A DNA stretch of 63,994 nucleotides, filler included, from Fonticula-like sp. SCN 57-25 (lineage: Eukaryota): NCBI GenBank assembly GCA_001724245.1. It is 7 parts of 7 records of this genome, joined end to end, with 100 filler letters (N's around TTAATTAATTAA, not from the genome) between each part and the next. Parts side by side here need not be neighbours in the genome. Positions count along the whole stretch, not along the records: positions 55,510 to 63,994 come from MEDX01000301.1; 6 more parts are not named here. The stretch is one strand, 5' to 3'. Both the position numbers and the translations under genes were made by a program. Below, one piece after another: positions 57,773-63,994 of the stretch. Positions within the stretch are counted from its first letter, which is position 1; each line of letters opens with the position of its first letter. The notes under the pieces were generated by a model. That model was not told the DNA's origin. It saw only the letters and a list, made by a program, of their open reading frames with translations, and did not search any database.

Positions 57773-58777
57773 TCAGGAGTGCGGAAAGAGCGAATCAAAG
57801 CCGAGGAGCGTATGTGCGGCGCCAGAGTGCACAATGAGGGGCGAGGGGCCACCAATGGGCATTTCACCGATTACCCTGTATGCCTCCTGGAAGAGCTTGC
57901 CAGAATAAATGGGGTCGACCAAGAGGCCCGAAGTGCGCGCGATGTGCGCGATAAAGCCCTGCAGCGCGCTCGTTGTACCGCCAAAGCTCTTGCCACCCGC
58001 CCGCGGCTGAAGAACCGTGAGAGAGGGTGGTGCAGGTACGGGAGACTGGCCTATGAGCGCGGGAAGCGCGACCAATGCGCGGTCGAGCGACTCGCGGAAC
58101 GGCGCCGTGCCTGCCATGCACACAACGTAGATAGGGTGTTGCCACTCAAGGAGGGATGCAGCCGCGCACACCGCCGCCGCCGAAAAGCCCGTCCCGCTGT
58201 CCAGGAAGAGCGCGGCGTCGGGGGCCAGCGCGCCCTCTTCCACGTGGCGCGCAATGTCGAGCGCGAGTGTGGCGGCGCCGGGGAGCGCCAGCGGATGTGA
58301 GGCGCCCTCAGGCAGCACAAAGACGCTCTCCTGCAGCTTTGCCTCGAGCTCCGCCTGCAAGTTCTGCTCGTCGTGCATGATGTGCCAGTGCTCGGGCGGC
58401 ACCAGGAGCGCCGTGAGCCGCGCGTTAACGGCGGGCGTGGGCCGCAGCGCCGACTGCTTAAAGCACGGGATCGGGCGCATGCCGTGCTGGATCAGCGCGG
58501 CAGAGAGCGCCACTATGTTGTTGGACGACGGTGATCCCACGAGGGCGACGTTGCGGACCCCCTGTGATCGCAGTGCGGGGATCAGCGACGCATACTTTCG
58601 GATCTTTGTCCCACTGGCCGGGAACCCTCCCAGCTCGTCATCGCGCTTGACCAATGTCTCCCTCCCGGGTCCGCCGTTTATCAGGTGTACCCTACTAGCT
58701 AGCTGCGTAAGCTGGGTCGGAGCCACGCACTTTGCCACGAGCTCTGCCAGGGCGGGGTTCCCACGACTCGCCCGCAT
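57773..58777 (-). CDS. PLP-dependent ACC deaminase / D-cysteine desulfhydrase-like enzyme, intronless
   Basis: VKRDDELG..SGTKIRK (PLP lysine), SNN, LPEGA, DSGTGFSAA, DPIYSGK, VHSG. Confidence 0.88.
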   Translation of the reverse strand: MRASRGNPALAELVAKCVAPTQLTQLASRVHLINGGPGRETLVKRDDELGGFPASGTKIRKYASLIPALRSQGVRNVALVGSPSSNNIVALSAALIQHGMRPIPCFKQSALRPTPAVNARLTALLVPPEHWHIMHDEQNLQAELEAKLQESVFVLPEGASHPLALPGAATLALDIARHVEEGALAPDAALFLDSGTGFSAAAVCAAASLLEWQHPIYVVCMAGTAPFRESLDRALVALPALIGQSPVPAPPSLTVLQPRAGGKSFGGTTSALQGFIAHIARTSGLLVDPIYSGKLFQEAYRVIGEMPIGGPSPLIVHSGAAHTLLGFDSLFPHS

Positions 58778-58903
58778 TCTTATCCCACGTCAGGTCGCTG
58801 CGATTGGTTCGTGCGACCATACGCCCACTTGTGATTGGCCGATTTCCAATCTCAAATTGTTCGTTTTTTTTCTTCTTGTGTGGGCGAAGGTCGAGCAGGC
58901 GCC

Positions 58904-61325
58904 ATGTCCAAGGGCGCGGATGCGGACCGGCTTCCGCCGCTCACGGACGTACATGCTCTGTTCAACCTGGCTATTGCTCCTCCGCTTGCACTGACGTCGC
59001 GGCCGAATGCGGGAACCGTTATTCCTATCCGGCGGCAGGAGAGCTCGGGTTCGACCGGCGGCGACAAGTCGGCGCTCGGCAAGATTCGCGGTGTATTGAA
59101 ACGCATGACGTCTGACTCTGCGCAGCTCCAGATCGGCTCGCCCGTCAATTTCCGCCACGTTGTCCATGTCGACCACGGCAAGGTTGAGGTGTACGACCGC
59201 AGCGCCGCGGACCCGTCGATGCTCCCGCCGCCGCAGCCCGTCACGCTGTCGCGCAAGAATGGCAGCTTTGGCATGAACCTCAAGACGGTTGATGGGCGGA
59301 CCATCGTCACTGTCGTCTCTGAGGGCGGCGCCGCGCAGGAGACCGGCCTCATCAAGGTTGGCAATGAGATCACTGCGATTGACGGCGAGTCGATTGTCAA
59401 TCTCGAGCATGAGGAAGTGATTGCGCGCCTCAAGACGCGCGCCTCTGTCCTCCTCCTTGTGTCTGACACGCGCGACGCGACCGTCGCCAAGCCCCCCGTC
59501 AATTCCTCTGTCTGCCGCGTGTGCAGCAAGCCCGCTAGCTTCAATTGCTCGGCCTGCGGTACCCTAATTCTGTACTGCAGCTCCGAGTGCCAGCGCAACG
59601 ACTGGCCGACGCACAGCACCGAGTGCGTGTCGACGACCGGCGCCGCCAAGCAGGCGGCCAACAGCACCGGCAAGACGACGGCCGGCCCGTGCCACGTGTG
59701 CAGCGAGACTGGCCGGTTCCAGTGCGCGTGCCGCTCCGTTCTCTACTGCTCGCAAAAGTGCCAAGGCGTTGATTTCCCCGCGCACAAGGTGCACTGCTCG
59801 TTCGTGACGGGCGTGCCCTCGACTGCTGGCGCCGCCTCGGCCGCGTCGCAGCCCGCCGGCGGCCGCCCCCCGCTGCCGCCGTCTGGCGCGCGCCCCACCA
59901 AGCCGCTCCCCTACGCCTCGTCGACCGGCCAGCTCAAGGCCTCGGACAATTGCTTCTATGTCGCCGCGGACCGCTTCGTGTTCAAGATGGCCTTCCGCCT
60001 CGGCGCCTTTGAGTCGATGTGGTCCTCTGAGCTTTTGCCCGCCGACACGCCCGCCAAGCATGCCTCGATGGTCCACAGCCACGGCAAGCTTTTCATCAGC
60101 CTCGGCGCCTTTATTTTCTGCCTCGAGACGGAGCGCGGCGAGGTGCGCTGGCGCAAGGAGCTCGGCTACCCCTTTGACCAGGAAGTGCGCGCGCTCTGCG
60201 CGATCCCCGAGAGCGCCACGTCCAACGCGCCCGGCGCGCTCGTCGTCGGCGCCTCGGGCCACCTGCTCCTGCTCGAGGCGTCCAACGGCCACGAGCTGCA
60301 GCGCAAGCTCGTCTCTACGGCGTTCGCGCCCGTCGGGCTCTATGCCTACAAGTCCACGCTGGTCGCGGCCTCGGAGGGCATGGCATTTGGCGTCGGCGTC
60401 GAGCACGGGCTCTCGACGCTCCAGCTGTCATGGCGCACGCGGCTCGACAACGCAAATGTTGTCGAGGGGTTGGCGGCGTCGGTGTCGGCGAGCAGGCCGG
60501 CCAATGCGCCGCCGGCAAATGTCGCGGTGCTCGCGGGGGCGGTGACGCTCTTGAGGCTGGGCAAGGGCGATGTGGTCGCGGAGGGGGCGGCGGTTGAGAC
60601 GCCAAGTCCGGCGCTGCTCTGCGGAAACGAGCATGGCCTCGTCTCTTTCGAGAATGGAACTGTACGAGGAACGCTTTTGTGAAGTGATTGTGGGTGCTAA
60701 TGCAGTGTGGTAGCTTACAAAATATGATACGTCGTCGGCGCAGGTGTTGTGGACAAAGAAGATTGACGACTGTGAAGGGCGTGCGGGGACGCTCATCTTT
60801 AACGTACGTCTCTTTTGTGTGATTTTTCGAAATTTTTTGAGGTTTTTGTGTGGTTTTTGTGTGGTTTTTGTGTGGTTTTGTGCCCTTTTGTGACGACTCG
60901 TCCCACTTTTAAACCAGTTTTCGCCACTTTCATCCCATATTTTGCCCCTTTTGCTTATCGTTTCTCAGCGCATTACGACTGCCGGCGAGCCCTCTGTCCC
61001 CCGCCAGGTCGTCTACGTCGGCGTCTACCACCGCATCGCCGCCGTCGACCTCGAAACCGGCGACGTCCTCTGGGTCGCCCGCCTCCAGTCGCCCAAGGCC
61101 GACGACCCCTCCTCTGGCATCGTCACCATCGTCAAGATTGGCGACTGCCTCATCGCCGCGACGGGCGGCCGCATCTTTGCGCTGCACGCGACGTCGGGCA
61201 ACCCGCTCCGCAAGGCGCCGCTGCCGCGCTCGATCGACCCGTCGCGCCACGTCACGCTCGCCATCAGCGACGACACGTTGCTAGAAAGCTTGCCTGCCGC
61301 GGCGGCCGCGAGCCTCCCGCTATAG
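58904..61325 (+). CDS. CRIB + PDZ + two zf-MYND + PQQ-like beta-propeller protein, 3 exons
   Basis: IGSPVNFRHVVHV; GSFGMNL..GGAAQETGLIKVGNEITAIDG..HEEVIARLK; CRVC..CSAC..YCSSECQRNDWPTHSTEC plus a second MYND; GEVRW and AVDLETGDVLW repeats. Confidence 0.88.
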
Positions 61326-61547
61326 CGCGATGTTTTCGACCTGCCGACGTGGCCTTATATATAGAAAGCGGGCTGGGAAAGGTGGGAAGAGGAGAGCGCG
61401 AGAAGAGTGTTTTCGGTTTTGCTTGTGCAATCTGACTCGTTTGTTTTGAATATACAATATCGATATTACATGCATTAAAAGGCCAAAGCACAAAGAGCAG
61501 ATCATTATATTACAAAAGACATTACAAAAGGCAGTAAAAACACAAGT

Positions 61548-63116
61548 TTAAGAGGCCGCCCGACGTGCCAACCGAGTGCGCTTTGCTGGGGAACTCTGCG
61601 GCGACTCTTCTTCTTCTTTGTCTTCCTCTTCTTCTTCATCCTCTTCTTCTTCACTTTCTGACGATGGGTCGCAGTCCTGCAGCACAAAAAGCACAAACAA
61701 AAGTTAATAAAACACTACATACTCTGCTTAATCCGCACCGTGCACCTCCACGTGTACCCCCTTGCTGGCCTGCGCTTCATTGGCGGGTCGAGCGTCCTCA
61801 TATCAAACCTCTTTGCGCACTCGCTGCACGCGACCTCATGCTGACCGAGCGGCACATTCACAGCCGGCCCCGCTGCCTCCTCGAGCGCGCGCGCCACAAC
61901 GACGGCCGCGTCGGGCACGTCAAGTGTGCGCAGCAGCGTCTCGAGGCGGACCGCAAAGTCGGATTTTGGGGGCGGTGTCGGCGACGGCGTTTCCCGCGAG
62001 GGTGTCGACGGCCGCTCGAGGCGCGACGCGAGCTGGCGACGCATTGCGAGCGCGGCAGCGAGTTCGGACGACTTTTTCCACCGCTCTTGTGCGTTGCTGC
62101 TGTCGTCGGTCACAGTCGTCGACGGCCGCGCGCGCAGCCATGAATAGAATGGGTTGACCCTGAATGACGTCCTGCCGCTGTGCTGCTTGCAAAAGGCAAA
62201 GTGCGGGTCGGCCATGTCGGGCGTCGCGTCCTGCACGAGCAGGCCGATGCGCTGCGCGCAGGTGACGTGCATTGCCGAGCGGCACATTCCGGCGTCGCAC
62301 GACACGCACGCGCCGGCGGCCGACGTGGCGGGCGGGCAAAGTACGCATGGCTGTGCCCACGCGCGAGGGGCGACATCGGCAACGTCAATGAGGCCGGGGT
62401 CGGTGGCGGGCGCGCCGAGCCACTGCGCGCACACGACGTGGCACCATATGTCGGCGTGGACGGACGAGCGCTTGAGGGCGCCGAGCGGTTCGGGGCATAA
62501 TACGCAGCGCTGTGCGGCAAGCAGTCAGTTAAGCGGTACAATACACGACGACGTACGGCGTCAGGAGAGTTGGACGAGCAGCGATCGCACAGCCAGGTCT
62601 CGTCCTCGGCGGGCATGCGATCGAGCGCGTAGCACTCGAGGTGCACAATGACCTCGCAATGCGGGCCCTCGCAGCACAGGAGGACGGCATCGTCGTCATC
62701 GTCGAGGCAGATGCAGCACATGTCGGGCTGGCGTGCATGCCACGCATTTAGGGAGAGATCACCAGCCTTGTGTGATTCTGTGCTCGATCTCCGCCGCGAG
62801 ACGCCATTCGAGGATGCAGGCTTGGGCTTGGCCTTTGGCTTTGGGGGATTGCTCGCATCGTCGAGCGTGGCTTCTTCATCGAGCGCCTTGCCTGTAAAGG
62901 CCGCTGCCAAGAGATCAAAATTGGCGGGCTTGATCTTGCGCTTGCGCGGACCGCGATCCTTCAAAACTATTGCCACGCGGCATCAAGGACGTTAACACAA
63001 TGGCTATAACAGTATGCTTATATCGTACAGACGTCGTAGTACATGCGCAGAAACTCGTCCTCGGTCGTGTGCGGCTCATCCTCGGAGCTCCGCCGACGCC
63101 TCGCTCGCCCCGCCAT
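61548..63116 (-). CDS. PHF14-like PHD/zinc-knuckle/PHD (PZP) chromatin protein, multi-exon
   Basis: CCIC..CEG..VHLECY..WLCDRC; CVLCP..GALK..HVVCAQW; GACVSCDAGMCRSAMHVTCAQRIGLL..ADPHFAFCKQH; degenerate C-terminal PHD (LDPP..WRC). Confidence 0.85.
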
Positions 63117-63220
63117 CTCCAAACGCTGACAGAGCTTCAGATCACAAGCGTGTCACAACCCTGTTGCCAAGGCGGGAAGACTTGTTGGTTATTCCCCATT
63201 CGCAAAGCAAAGGCACAGGG

Positions 63221-63978
63221 ATGGCGTTGAATCACAGGGTGCGCAGCGGTGTTTCTGCACATTTTATGACGCGTAAACTGACTTTTTTGTCTAGCGTGGA
63301 CGCAAGTTGAACCGCGCGGCGCTCGACGCTGCTCAGGATGGCAACATTGTCGCCGCCGCCGCTCTTCACGTGCGATCCCCCCTTGGCATTACGACCTGCG
63401 CTGACCCCATGCCGTTGTGAAAACAGAGCGCCGCCAAGAAGCAGCATGCCGTTGGAGACGCCAAGCAGGCCGCCAAGAACGCGCCGCCGCCCGCGACGGT
63501 CGTTGTTGTGACGCAGGCGCCCGTCGCCGCCCCCCCGCCGGTCGCCGTTGTGACGACTACGACCTACACGCCGCCGCCGCAGGCACAGCCCAACCCCTAC
63601 CCCGAGGTCTACGCGCAGCCCGGCACGCCGTACCCCCCGCAGCAGGGCTACCCGCCGCAGCAGCCTGAGGGATACCCGCCGCAGCAGGGATACCCCCCGC
63701 AGCAGGGATATCCGCCGCAGCAGGGATACCCGCCCCAGCAGCAGGCGTACCCGCCGCCGCAGACTCAGGCTTACCCGCCGCCCCAGCCGACGACCACGAC
63801 CACGACGACGTACGTGGCCGCCCAGCCCGCCAAGACGGTCGTCGTGAAGGGACAGCACGGCGGAACTGTCGTCGTGCAGAAGCCCGCGCAGCCCGCCAAG
63901 GTCGTGCACGTCACGACAGAGTCGACCCCGCTCGTCGCCCAGCCGGCCGAGGAGAAGGGTTGCTGCACCCTCTTGTAA
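63221..63978 (+). CDS. Pro/Gln/Tyr-rich (GYPPQQ repeat) protein with C-terminal CaaX box, 3 exons
   Basis: Exons start at 63221, 63295 and 63427; (GYPPQQ)n; ends GCCTLL*. Confidence 0.75.
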
Positions 63979-63994
63979 CCTATTGAAAGTGCTT

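Noticed and set aside
1-63994. Alternative genetic code, tRNA/rRNA genes or prokaryotic operons
   Set aside because: Reconstructed genes translate with the standard code once GT-AG introns are removed; I saw no tRNA or rRNA sequence by eye.

Overview
This is genomic DNA from a compact, GC-rich unicellular eukaryote with short spliceosomal introns (mostly ~45-70 nt; donors usually GTACG/GTGCG, CTRAC-like branch points). The gene content mixes fungal-type genes (Lys4 homoaconitase, short Swp1) with animal-type genes (POMK/PKDCC-like kinase, ANKFN1-like, PHF14-like, C2CD3-like, SSX2IP-like, CRIB-PDZ protein), suggesting a unicellular opisthokont; the species cannot be identified from the sequence. 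The window is seven ~9 kb contigs joined by artificial 100-nt spacers (N44-TTAATTAATTAA-N44), so genes across a spacer are not real neighbours. I reconstructed about 40 genes by hand, several fragmented or missed by the ORF track (RPL29, SELENOK-like). Family calls rest on motifs I recognised, not on database searches. Main leads: (1) long 5'UTR introns of two ribosomal-protein genes share a CATCC/GGATG hairpin motif, and one hosts a box C/D snoRNA matching 18S Am420; (2) a pseudo-exonuclease fused to a Cid1-type nucleotidyltransferase with Arg at the His336 position; (3) a BSD domain fused to a dead HAL2-like phosphatase; (4) a POMK-like secretory kinase; (5) an FG-GAP/EGF single-pass receptor; (6) a CRIB-PDZ-2xMYND-propeller protein; (7) a scrambled, partly inverted RecQ relic; (8) bacterial-type enzymes that may be horizontally acquired.
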